Below are positions 53,041 through 60,418 of a stretch of 60,418 nt of DNA, one piece after another. The notes beneath the pieces were generated by a model. It was not told the DNA's origin, did no database searches, and saw only the letters and a list, made by a program, of their open reading frames with translations. Both the position numbers and the translations under genes were made by a program. Where the stretch lies: positions 1 to 60,418 of the forward strand of contig JAJYLR010000004.1 of assembly GCA_021787535.1 (NCBI GenBank), given 5' to 3'. This DNA is from a bacterium. GTDB taxonomy: Bacteria > Patescibacteriota > CPR2 > UBA1875 > JAJYID01. Each line of letters begins with the position of its first letter. Within the stretch, counting starts at the first letter, position 1.

Positions 53041-53847
53041 ATGGAAGAACAAGAAAATCAAACGGCTCCGGAAGCTGCACCGGCACAAAGCGGCGCGAGC
53101 AAGGGGTCGTCAAAGAAAACTATTATCATTATCGCGGCAATTGTGGCTGTGCTTGTTATCGCCGGGCTGCTTTTCTGGATGCTGGGCGGCAAAAATAGCG
53201 CCTTAAATCCGGTAAATTCAGTCAAAAAAGCGGCTCAGGAGTCAACGCTCGAGACCCAATGTCTGGCTAAGTATCACGATGCAAATCTCTGTCACTTCGA
53301 GGCTTGGTCATCGCTTAACCCGATAGATAAAATGGCCTATACCGGCACAATGACCGAAACGGCGAACGGCCAGACTTCAACCATCGTCTTTAAACAGGAC
53401 GGCAAAGGAAATACTTCGATGACCATGAGCGGCGGCGGCCAGCCGGGGGAGTTTAATACAGTCGAATACGGCGGCAGCACCTATATGCAACAGGGAAACG
53501 TCTGGGAGAAATATCCGTCCAGTTCAAAGCCGCAAACCCAGGATAGCCCATCAAGCAGTCTCAGCTTTATGGATTCTATCCTAAATACCCAGTTTACCAA
53601 GATGGGTACCGAACCCTGCGGCAACCTGACATGTTACAAATACAAGATTACGGAAAATGGCATGGGCGACCAATATGTATGGTTCGATACCAAAGACTTC
53701 AAAATGAGAGAGTTTTCTACGCCGAATTTCGGCGCCGGCGGAGCCATGGATATGAAAATGAGCTATGAGCCGGTTACTATTTCCGCGCCGTCTCCGGTTC
53801 AGGAAATGACAGTTCCGACAGCCCCAACCGCTCCAGTCGGACAGTAA
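53041..53847 (+). CDS. Membrane-anchored exported protein, paralogue A
   Basis: TM anchor; 'QCLAKYHDANLCHFEAW', 'VEYGGSTYMQ', 'FMDSILNTQFTKMGTEPCGNLTCYKYK...YVWFDTKDF' shared with the next ORF. Confidence 0.55.
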   Translation: MEEQENQTAPEAAPAQSGASKGSSKKTIIIIAAIVAVLVIAGLLFWMLGGKNSALNPVNSVKKAAQESTLETQCLAKYHDANLCHFEAWSSLNPIDKMAYTGTMTETANGQTSTIVFKQDGKGNTSMTMSGGGQPGEFNTVEYGGSTYMQQGNVWEKYPSSSKPQTQDSPSSSLSFMDSILNTQFTKMGTEPCGNLTCYKYKITENGMGDQYVWFDTKDFKMREFSTPNFGAGGAMDMKMSYEPVTISAPSPVQEMTVPTAPTAPVGQ

Positions 53848-53946
53848 GCTCTAAAATCAACTTTGCGATACATGCTGGCCTTCATTTCAAAGGTCAGCAT
53901 GTTTTTAGTGATGAAACTTAACCGAACCTTTATCATACCCTTTCTC

Positions 53947-53976
53947 TTGACAGACATAATCGCCAGAGTATAGCAT
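53947..53976 (+). promoter_or_regulatory. Candidate promoter (TTGACA-18-TAGCAT) of paralogue B
   Basis: Duplicated 'ctcttgacag...tagcataa' box. Confidence 0.3.
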
Positions 53977-54002
53977 AATCATATATTCTTTTAAAAATAC
54001 AT

Positions 54003-54878
54003 ATGGAAAAACAAAAAAATCAAATTACACGACTTGATCCTGATATGCATAATGTGAAGAAAGTTTCATTAAAAAGAATTACAACCATTATAATTATAAT
54101 TGCTGCAAATATAGCAGTTATCGCAGCAATTATAGCTGGGCTACTTTTATGGAAAATCCCCGGCAAAAAGGGTTCTAAAAAATCTGATATAAAAAATTCT
54201 GCGGCTCAAACTCAAAATACTCTCAAAAATTCCAGCCCGGAAGACCAGTGTCTGGATAAATTTCATGATCCAGATTTATGCCGCTTTGAATCCTGGATAC
54301 AAGCTAATCCAATTCAAAAAATCCCTTACTCAGCCACAATCACTGCAAAAAGTAATGGTCTAACATTTACCAATATTTACAAGCGGGATAAGAATGGCAA
54401 TATCTCAATGAATATGAAATGGCAAGAACAGCAACCTCTGGAATTAAATATTATAGAATACAATGGCAACACTTATATGCAGGGCAGCAACATGTTCTGG
54501 GTAAAATTTCCGATTGGCTTCAAAATTCCAACCGACTCTAAAATCCCATCTAATGTAATGGACCCGTCAAGCAATTTCAATTTCATGGATTCTTTACAAA
54601 ATGACCGGTTTACAAAAATGGGAAAAGAACCCTGCGACAATAATCTCATGTGCTTTGAATATAAAGTATCAGAAAGCGGTATGGTAAACCAATATATTTG
54701 GTTCGACACGAAAGAGTATCAACTGCGTAAGCTTGTTGCGGGAAGTCCTGGTGGCACAACGGAGATGAAACTCGGTTACAAGCCGGTGACCGTTACCGCA
54801 CCACCTGCTCAAAACGTAGTAAGTCCAGCTCTACCAAACGTTTCGTCGTTTGAACAACTATTCAACAATTTAAAATAA
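54003..54878 (+). CDS. Membrane-anchored exported protein, paralogue B
   Basis: 'QCLDKFHDPDLCRFESW', 'IEYNGNTYMQ', 'FMDSLQNDRFTKMGKEPCDNNLMCFEYK...YIWFDTKEY'. Confidence 0.55.
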   Translation: MEKQKNQITRLDPDMHNVKKVSLKRITTIIIIIAANIAVIAAIIAGLLLWKIPGKKGSKKSDIKNSAAQTQNTLKNSSPEDQCLDKFHDPDLCRFESWIQANPIQKIPYSATITAKSNGLTFTNIYKRDKNGNISMNMKWQEQQPLELNIIEYNGNTYMQGSNMFWVKFPIGFKIPTDSKIPSNVMDPSSNFNFMDSLQNDRFTKMGKEPCDNNLMCFEYKVSESGMVNQYIWFDTKEYQLRKLVAGSPGGTTEMKLGYKPVTVTAPPAQNVVSPALPNVSSFEQLFNNLK

Positions 54879-54954
54879 CTCACTCAGTGAGATATGTTGA
54901 TTCTTGTAGGAATGTGAGAATGTCCTGAGATCAAGTTTGTGCTATAATTTACTT

Positions 54955-55692
54955 ATGAAATATGCGGTTGAAGTCAAAGATCTCATCAAAGACTACTCGA
55001 AAGAGGTACGGGCGCTCGATGGCGCCACACTTAAGATCCCGGAGGGCAAAGTCTACGGCCTGATCGGCCCGAACGGCTCCGGCAAGACGACCATGATCAA
55101 GATTCTGGCCGGGCTTCTCGCCCCGACCGCCGGCGAAGTACTGGTCGAGGGCTTAAATCCGCAGAAAGAAAAGCGCGAACTCCACAAACTGATCGGCTAC
55201 ATGCCGCAGGAAACGGCTCTCTACAACGAGCTGACCGTCAAGGAAAACCTCGAGCTTTTCGGTCGGCTCTATAACATTCCGAGAAAAGAACTGACAGATC
55301 GTATAAATGATTTGCTCGGTTTTGTAGATCTTGTAAAGCGATCATCGACCATCGTCGCTAACCTTTCCGGCGGGATGAAGCACCGGGCATCTCTGGCCGC
55401 CGCGCTTCTGCCCAAGCCGAAGCTCCTCATCCTGGACGAGCCGACGGTCGGCGTTGATCCCGAGCTTCGGGCTACTTTCTGGGCGAGATTTGCCGAAATG
55501 CAGGCCGACGGCACGACAATCTTAATTACTACCCATTATATGGACGAAGCTTCCCGTTGCGAGGAAGTGGCCTTAATCAATCAGGGCAAAATTATCAGCC
55601 AAGGCGCGCCGAAGGAAATTATCCAAAAAACAAAGTCTGAGAATCTGGAGGAAGCATTCCTAAAGCTGACGCGGAAGGGAGGCGACAAATGA
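54955..55692 (+). CDS. ABC transporter ATP-binding protein
   Basis: ATG 54955 (MKYAVEVKDL); 'GPNGSGKTT', 'LSGGMKHR', 'LLILDEPT'. Confidence 0.9.
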   Translation: MKYAVEVKDLIKDYSKEVRALDGATLKIPEGKVYGLIGPNGSGKTTMIKILAGLLAPTAGEVLVEGLNPQKEKRELHKLIGYMPQETALYNELTVKENLELFGRLYNIPRKELTDRINDLLGFVDLVKRSSTIVANLSGGMKHRASLAAALLPKPKLLILDEPTVGVDPELRATFWARFAEMQADGTTILITTHYMDEASRCEEVALINQGKIISQGAPKEIIQKTKSENLEEAFLKLTRKGGDK

Positions 55693-56810
55693 ATATCGGC
55701 CGCACTCTCGCCATCGCCAGGAAACAGTTTCTCTCCGTGAGGCACGATCCGCGCACTCTAGCACTCATGCTTCTGGCGCCGGTCATGGCGATGCTTATCT
55801 TCGGCTTCGTCTTCGGCACCAAGCCGGAGCATGTGCCGGTTCTGGTTGTAAATGGCGACAGCGGCAAGCTGGCCCAGCAGTTCATTGACAACATCGACCA
55901 CACCACGCTTAATATTCAAAACTCTACCGATGCAAATGACGCCAAAAACCAGGTCACAGATGGCAAGAAAACGGCTGCCATCATCTTCCCGAGCGATTTT
56001 TCGGAAAATACCCAGCCGCAAATCCTCGGACCCGGCAAAGTCCTGCCGCCGAAGGGTACTAAAGTGCAGATATTTATTGACACCACCGACGAACAGCTGG
56101 CCGCCGCCGTCACCCAGTCGCTTGCCGAAGCGGGACAGAAGCTTGTGTCTAAGCAAAATGCCTCGCCAGTCACATTTCAGACCGACTATGCTTTCCCGAA
56201 GGCAAAAGATGCCCGCTACCTCGACTACTTCGTGGCCGGCATCATGGTTTTTGCCATTACGGTATTCACCACTCTTCTCACCCTTTTGGCCTTTGTCGGC
56301 GAACGCTCAAGCGGCACGCTGGACCGGCTAAAGTCTACGCCGGTTACTGAAGCGGAAATAGTCATAGGGTATGAACTCGCCTTTGGCGCCATCGCCGCTA
56401 TCCAGGGCATCCTGCTTCTGGCAGTCGCTTACTTCGTCTATCACATCTTGGTCGTCGGCTCGGTGTTTCTGGCAGGACTCCTCATCATTTTGACCGCCAT
56501 AGACGCCCAAGTGATCGGTGTTCTCATCTCGGCTGCCGCCAAGCGCGAAAGCCAGGCGGTCCAGTTTCTGCCATTTATCATATTTCCGGTGTTTCTGCTA
56601 TCGGGCATCTTCGTACCCGTCCAGTCCCTCCCGAACTGGCTCAAACCTTTCTCGTACATCCTTCCGCCGACCTGGTCAATCGACGGCATCCGTGATGTAC
56701 TCCTTCGCGGCTGGAGCATCTCGTATGTCTGGCCGCATGTTCTCATTCTCCTCGGCTTCGCCATAGTCCTCTCAGTTCTGGCAGTTTTAGGATTGAAAAG
56801 AAAGGAATAA
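55689..56810 (+). CDS. ABC-2 type transporter permease
   Basis: ATGA overlap with the ATPase gene; N-terminal TM helix, large loop, 5 C-terminal TM helices. Confidence 0.8.
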   Translation: MNIGRTLAIARKQFLSVRHDPRTLALMLLAPVMAMLIFGFVFGTKPEHVPVLVVNGDSGKLAQQFIDNIDHTTLNIQNSTDANDAKNQVTDGKKTAAIIFPSDFSENTQPQILGPGKVLPPKGTKVQIFIDTTDEQLAAAVTQSLAEAGQKLVSKQNASPVTFQTDYAFPKAKDARYLDYFVAGIMVFAITVFTTLLTLLAFVGERSSGTLDRLKSTPVTEAEIVIGYELAFGAIAAIQGILLLAVAYFVYHILVVGSVFLAGLLIILTAIDAQVIGVLISAAAKRESQAVQFLPFIIFPVFLLSGIFVPVQSLPNWLKPFSYILPPTWSIDGIRDVLLRGWSISYVWPHVLILLGFAIVLSVLAVLGLKRKE

Positions 56811-56950
56811 CCTACCCCTTAACCCTTTTCTACTGTATAATGGACGCAGTATATAAGTCCAGAGAAGTGGCAACCCTTCGCCTTAAAGGACAAGTTGCCG
56901 CTGGCATACGCAAGCACAGAGGCTCATTATTAACTAAATAAGGAGTCGCT

Positions 56951-57121
56951 ATGGCAAAACATACACCTGAGGAAATGGAGCAATACGCGAAGCACCACAG
57001 TGAGGCCATGAAACATTGGCGTTCGTGGGGCTCGTGGTTCAGTTGGGGCTCGCCCGTGGGACTGAGTATCTTCTTGCTAACCCTCGCAGGAGTCATCTGG
57101 ATCCTCGCTCACATTTTCTAG
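56951..57121 (+). CDS. 56-aa hypothetical protein with C-terminal TM helix (unannotated in track)
   Basis: AAGGAG SD + ATG 56951; MAKHTPEEMEQYAKHHSEAMKHWRSWGSWFSWGSPVGLSIFLLTLAGVIWILAHIF; terminator follows. Confidence 0.45.
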   Translation: MAKHTPEEMEQYAKHHSEAMKHWRSWGSWFSWGSPVGLSIFLLTLAGVIWILAHIF

Positions 57122-57137
57122 GAGAGGACAAACGAAA

Positions 57138-57166
57138 AACAGAACACCCCACGTGTTCTGTTTTTC
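57138..57166 (+). terminator. Intrinsic terminator
   Basis: aacagaacac/gtgttctgtt stem plus ttttt. Confidence 0.6.
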
Positions 57167-57179
57167 GCAAGAATACCAC

Positions 57180-57218
57180 CAGCACCGCACCAAAAAACTC
57201 ATTCCGTTTGTTTGGTAG
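57180..57218 (+). repeat. Remnant of an ICMT-family gene 3' end (copy R2)
   Basis: 33/39 identical to 50348..50386, the last 13 codons of the intact ICMT gene; reads ...QHRTKKLIPFVW-stop. Confidence 0.5.
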
Positions 57219-57221
57219 AAT

Positions 57222-57842
57222 CTACCTTAGCTTTTTGATAATCGTCTGATCTTTGGTATTTATTACCTCAAAATCACCACTGATTTCCTTGTTAAAAAAC
57301 CTCTGGACACGCTTTTCATAAAAATCAGTATTATCTATGACCATAAAGCCGTTCTTAATGAGACGTGGAAACAGATTTTTATACTCAAAAGTCACGGTCT
57401 CCGGCAGATGGCTTCCATCCAGAAAAATAAAGCTAAATTTAGAAAAATCATGTTCCTTGCCTTGGAACCAATAGTGAACAGTGTCCATAATCTTAATGAA
57501 ATCCTCTGAGGTCATGTGGTAATGAATGTGATTTTCATAGCCGGACAAAAGGTCCTTCATCTCTGTATAGAAATCACTGCCATATTTCCAGGGTTTGCCG
57601 TCGTATGGCTTGTTGCCGTAAGGATCCACCGTTACCAACACTGTACCCGGATACATTTTTTCAATGATTTTTAAGAGTGCAAGAGCCGATCCGCCCCTGC
57701 GGGTCCCTATTTCCAAGAAAGGAGGCTGACCTTTTACTTTCGGTGTCTTGGCGGCATATTCAACAAGATTGTAAAAGTCCCGTTGATCGCCCTTGCTATC
57801 ACTGTATGCAACAGATTCTTTAATGATTTGCATCAACTCCAT
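57222..57842 (-). CDS. Class I SAM-dependent methyltransferase (CmcI/TylF-like)
   Basis: 'FLEIGTRRGGSALAL', 'FIFLDGSH'. Confidence 0.7.
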   Translation of the reverse strand: MELMQIIKESVAYSDSKGDQRDFYNLVEYAAKTPKVKGQPPFLEIGTRRGGSALALLKIIEKMYPGTVLVTVDPYGNKPYDGKPWKYGSDFYTEMKDLLSGYENHIHYHMTSEDFIKIMDTVHYWFQGKEHDFSKFSFIFLDGSHLPETVTFEYKNLFPRLIKNGFMVIDNTDFYEKRVQRFFNKEISGDFEVINTKDQTIIKKLR

Positions 57843-57851
57843 AAAATCATT

Positions 57852-57881
57852 ATACCAAAATTCATCCCGTTTGTTTGGTAG
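57852..57881 (+). repeat. Second remnant of the ICMT-family 3' end (copy R3)
   Basis: 'tcatcccgtttgtttggtag' matches R2 at 19/20. Confidence 0.45.
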
Positions 57882-57966
57882 ATATTAAAGGATTTTGACA
57901 TTTAGATAATGATCAAGCTTGCTTTGTATTAACGTTGTGCTAGATTAGATCAAAAAGGAGGCGAAA

Positions 57967-58548
57967 ATGGAAAAATATAATTTTTGTATTAAAGTTTCGA
58001 AAAAGGGTTTTAATGTTATAGATTCAGATGAGCAATTAGAACCATCTGATCAACCGAAAAAAGAGATAAAAACTGATTATTTAAGATACACGCTTGCATT
58101 ACCATATTTAGTAGGAGCTAAAAATCAAATAGAAAGATATCGCAAAGCAGCCCAAAAACTCCAGGGAAGCCCAACCATCGGTGTGATTGAATGTATTCAC
58201 GAAACATCAACTTTATTTGAGGATTTATCAACACTTGCAAAATATGCAACAAGACATGGCCACGAAAATATGAATCACAGTTTGTGGTTCGATGTTCGTA
58301 ATCATATAAGGCATGATACTCGCGAAGAATTTGATGACGAGAGTGATAAACGAAAGATAGATAGGGCTAGGAAATTAAAACTAGACTTAAAACTGCAAAC
58401 TGAAATTTGCTTTTCTATAAATTCTATAAAAGTGGGTGGCATAATCATAACAATCAAACAAATTCAAGATTACTTACATTGGTTAGAAGGAGTCATGGCT
58501 GATGTGTTAGTTGACGCTAAAGAAAAGGGTTATATAAAAGAATCTTAA
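57967..58548 (+). CDS. Hypothetical protein (193 aa)
   Basis: AAGGAGG SD; no recognised motif. Confidence 0.5.
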   Translation: MEKYNFCIKVSKKGFNVIDSDEQLEPSDQPKKEIKTDYLRYTLALPYLVGAKNQIERYRKAAQKLQGSPTIGVIECIHETSTLFEDLSTLAKYATRHGHENMNHSLWFDVRNHIRHDTREEFDDESDKRKIDRARKLKLDLKLQTEICFSINSIKVGGIIITIKQIQDYLHWLEGVMADVLVDAKEKGYIKES

Positions 58549-58550
58549 TT

Positions 58551-59348
58551 CTAGACATTCAAATCCCGCCTCGAGTAGGTGAAGTAGGCGGAGGCGATGA
58601 GGACGACGGTAATTACTAGAGACAAAACCATATAGAATGGGTCGAGTTTGGCATTTGTGATGATATCTTTGGCTTCGAAATATTTGAAAGGCGAGAGATA
58701 TTTCAAGAAGTCGAGCTTGTCGTTTAAGTTAATTACAAAATACAAAATGAAGGTGAGAAGTAGAACGCTCGTAGCGATAGAGGCGCTGGACTTCTGATGC
58801 TTGTTTACGCCGGCAACCGCCGCGCCGACTGAAAAGAAGATTATCTGGAGAAATACCAACCCCGCCATAAGTAAGAGAATGTCGTGATTGGCCGAGGCGC
58901 CTTTGTTGAAATATTGAACCATATAGATCGACGACAAAGTGGTGACCAAGTTGAAAATAGCCAGGATGGCAAGTCCAGCCAGAAGCTTGCCGGTCAATGC
59001 TTTAGCGCGGGAAATTGGCTTAGAAAAGAGAAATTCTGAAGTTTTGTCGCGCTCTTCTTTGGCGATCATGTCAGAACCGATGAGAGCCGCGTGAATGGCC
59101 GCCATTATTGCAATATAGATAAAGAGCAAGCCGTAAAATCCGGCGGCGGTCGTCAGGTCGAAGCCGCTAATACCCAAGATTATCTGCACGCTTTTGGGAA
59201 ACTGCGCCATGAGCTGATTTATCGACTGACCGGTCGACTGATAAGCGTCGTACTTTGCCATGCCAGAGCCGATAAGCGCAATCATGCCGAGCGACCAGAA
59301 AAGGATTCCCTTCCAGTGCGCTTTCAATTCTCTCAAAAGTACATTCAT
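58551..59348 (-). CDS. ABC-2 family transporter permease subunit
   Basis: 265 aa, 6 TM pattern; paralogue of the upstream gene. Confidence 0.65.
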   Translation of the reverse strand: MNVLLRELKAHWKGILFWSLGMIALIGSGMAKYDAYQSTGQSINQLMAQFPKSVQIILGISGFDLTTAAGFYGLLFIYIAIMAAIHAALIGSDMIAKEERDKTSEFLFSKPISRAKALTGKLLAGLAILAIFNLVTTLSSIYMVQYFNKGASANHDILLLMAGLVFLQIIFFSVGAAVAGVNKHQKSSASIATSVLLLTFILYFVINLNDKLDFLKYLSPFKYFEAKDIITNAKLDPFYMVLSLVITVVLIASAYFTYSRRDLNV

Positions 59349-59448
59349 AATTTCTCCGCTTTTCCTTTAGCCGTAGTCATTCTGATCCGGCAACTGCCGG
59401 AGAAGAATCGGGATCCTTCGTCCCTCAGGATGACGCCAGTCAATACAT

Positions 59449-60249
59449 TCATGACGCCGCCCTCACATCTTTTTTAAGGTAAATTATAAAACTCGCGACA
59501 ATCGCTAGAATGATAAATACCGCCTCAATGATGACATATTTCCATTCGTAAGTGTTGTGGGCGATGATGTACTGATAGTCGTAGAATTTAAAAGGGGTGA
59601 CATAGCGGACATTTTCGTTGCCGATGATGGCGCCGATAGTTGAGATAATGAAAAAAACAAAAACCGTTGGCAGGGTGACTGCAATAACGGATTTAATTTT
59701 TGGAATAATTACAGCAAAAAGCGCGCCGAGCGCCCAGAAGAAAAGCTGGACCAGAAAAAGAGTCGCGGTGATCAAGAAAAAAGTTTTGGCGGAGAATGGG
59801 GTTTGCGACACTGCCCTTGCGGCCGCATATGAGGCGAGGGAAAAGAAGATGTTGGTTGCGGCAAGAAGTGTGAGCGCCGCAGACAGCTTGCCGGTCAAGA
59901 CCTTTGTACGGGTTACGGGTTTGGAAAGCAGAAAATCAGATGTTTTGCCGGAGTCTTCTTTGGAAATAATGCCGGTGCCAAGACCCATGGCTTGCACCGC
60001 ACCGGCCAAGAGAACAAAGGTAAAGAGATAGCCCAGGAAGCCGAAGATGGTGAAGAAATTGTCCAGCGAGAGGCCGAGGGCGTTTCGATAAGCGGCCGGG
60101 ATACCGGAGAGCATCTTTCTGGTGGCTTCGACGTCTTTTGTAAACCCCGGGTACAGAAGAAGAAAAACAATAGTAATTGCAGCAAGCGCCAGCGCCCAGA
60201 TGATGGTCGACTTCCGGTAGGCACGGATCTCGCGGAGAAAGATATTCAC
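59449..60249 (-). CDS. ABC-2 family transporter permease subunit
   Basis: 266 aa; GTG start overlaps the TAG of the ATPase gene by 1 nt. Confidence 0.65.
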   Translation of the reverse strand: MNIFLREIRAYRKSTIIWALALAAITIVFLLLYPGFTKDVEATRKMLSGIPAAYRNALGLSLDNFFTIFGFLGYLFTFVLLAGAVQAMGLGTGIISKEDSGKTSDFLLSKPVTRTKVLTGKLSAALTLLAATNIFFSLASYAAARAVSQTPFSAKTFFLITATLFLVQLFFWALGALFAVIIPKIKSVIAVTLPTVFVFFIISTIGAIIGNENVRYVTPFKFYDYQYIIAHNTYEWKYVIIEAVFIILAIVASFIIYLKKDVRAAS

Positions 60250-60418
60250 TAGCCCTCCTTCTGGTAATAATGCAGGAAGATTTCTTCGAGATCCGGCTCT
60301 TCGATGGAAATGTTAGCTAGATCCAGCTTGGCAATTTCACGCATAATGTCATTTAAATGGCCTCTAAAAAGGAAAGTTACAGAGTTATCCGTAATCGACA
60401 AATCGTCGACTCCCTTGA
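60249..60418 (-). CDS. ABC transporter ATP-binding protein, C-terminal part (5' end outside the window)
   Basis: Minus-frame tail '...EEPDLEEIFLHYYQKEG' typical of an ABC ATPase C-terminus. Confidence 0.6.
   Translation of the reverse strand, partial: KGVDDLSITDNSVTFLFRGHLNDIMREIAKLDLANISIEEPDLEEIFLHYYQKEG

Noticed and set aside
1-60418. Alternative genetic code (UGA reassigned, as in some CPR lineages).
   Set aside because: Standard-code translation gives full-length proteins everywhere. TGA clearly terminates genes at 46933 (thioredoxin), 55692 (ABC ATPase), 32370 (XRE) and 34381.
1-60418. CRISPR arrays, rRNA genes, tmRNA or SRP RNA.
   Set aside because: I found no regularly spaced direct repeats, and no rRNA, tmRNA or SRP conserved boxes, while reading either strand. 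The absence is by eye only.

Overview
Low-GC bacterial chromosome segment. The gene content, a four-helix-bundle gene and AT-rich 'aatttc'-type intergenic motifs suggest a small-genome Patescibacteria/CPR-like organism; this is inference only. All calls come from motif recognition in the supplied ORFs and from reading the DNA; no homology search was run.

Backbone genes:
- murT and gatD, split by a histidine kinase gene
- comM-like ATPase, DUF4446 protein, bactofilin, lipid kinase
- infC-rpmI-rplT
- carbon-nitrogen hydrolase, VanX-like peptidase, three ABC transporter sets
- RNase P RNA; tRNA-Glu, tRNA-Lys, tRNA-Arg
- Hsp20, NUDIX hydrolase, thioredoxin, P-type ATPase, two sensor kinases and an orphan receiver

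Main accessory feature: an integrated mobile island of about 15-17 kb abutting tRNA-Glu, right end about 34.38 kb, left end unresolved at about 17.8 or 19.7 kb.
- Integration and control: a large serine recombinase whose CDS reads into the tRNA, and an XRE/ImmA-like switch.
- Transfer or replication: a replication-relaxation protein, two GC-rich highly structured non-coding segments with iteron-like repeats, and a RadC-like protein.
- An operon of a nuclease-like protein, an unknown protein and a soluble T4CP-like ATPase.
- A vsr/restriction endonuclease/m5C-methyltransferase operon.
- A two-gene cassette pairing a HEPN-motif Abi-like protein with a membrane-anchored HerA/DUF87 ATPase. I do not recognise this as a named defence system, and it is my top candidate for something new.

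Other notable items:
- Two radical-SAM/SPASM maturases, each followed by an unannotated short precursor-like ORF (52 aa, and 41 aa with six Cys).
- An inverted-repeat-bounded about 365-nt element after rplT containing an SD-led Cys-rich ORF with one in-frame TGA followed by a hairpin.
- Three copies of the 3' end of an ICMT-family gene flanking small cassettes.
- A GC-rich three-gene insert of unknown function.
- A frameshifted FAD-oxidoreductase gene.
- A tRNA 3' remnant.
- Tandem paralogous exported proteins.

No CRISPR array and no rRNA were seen.
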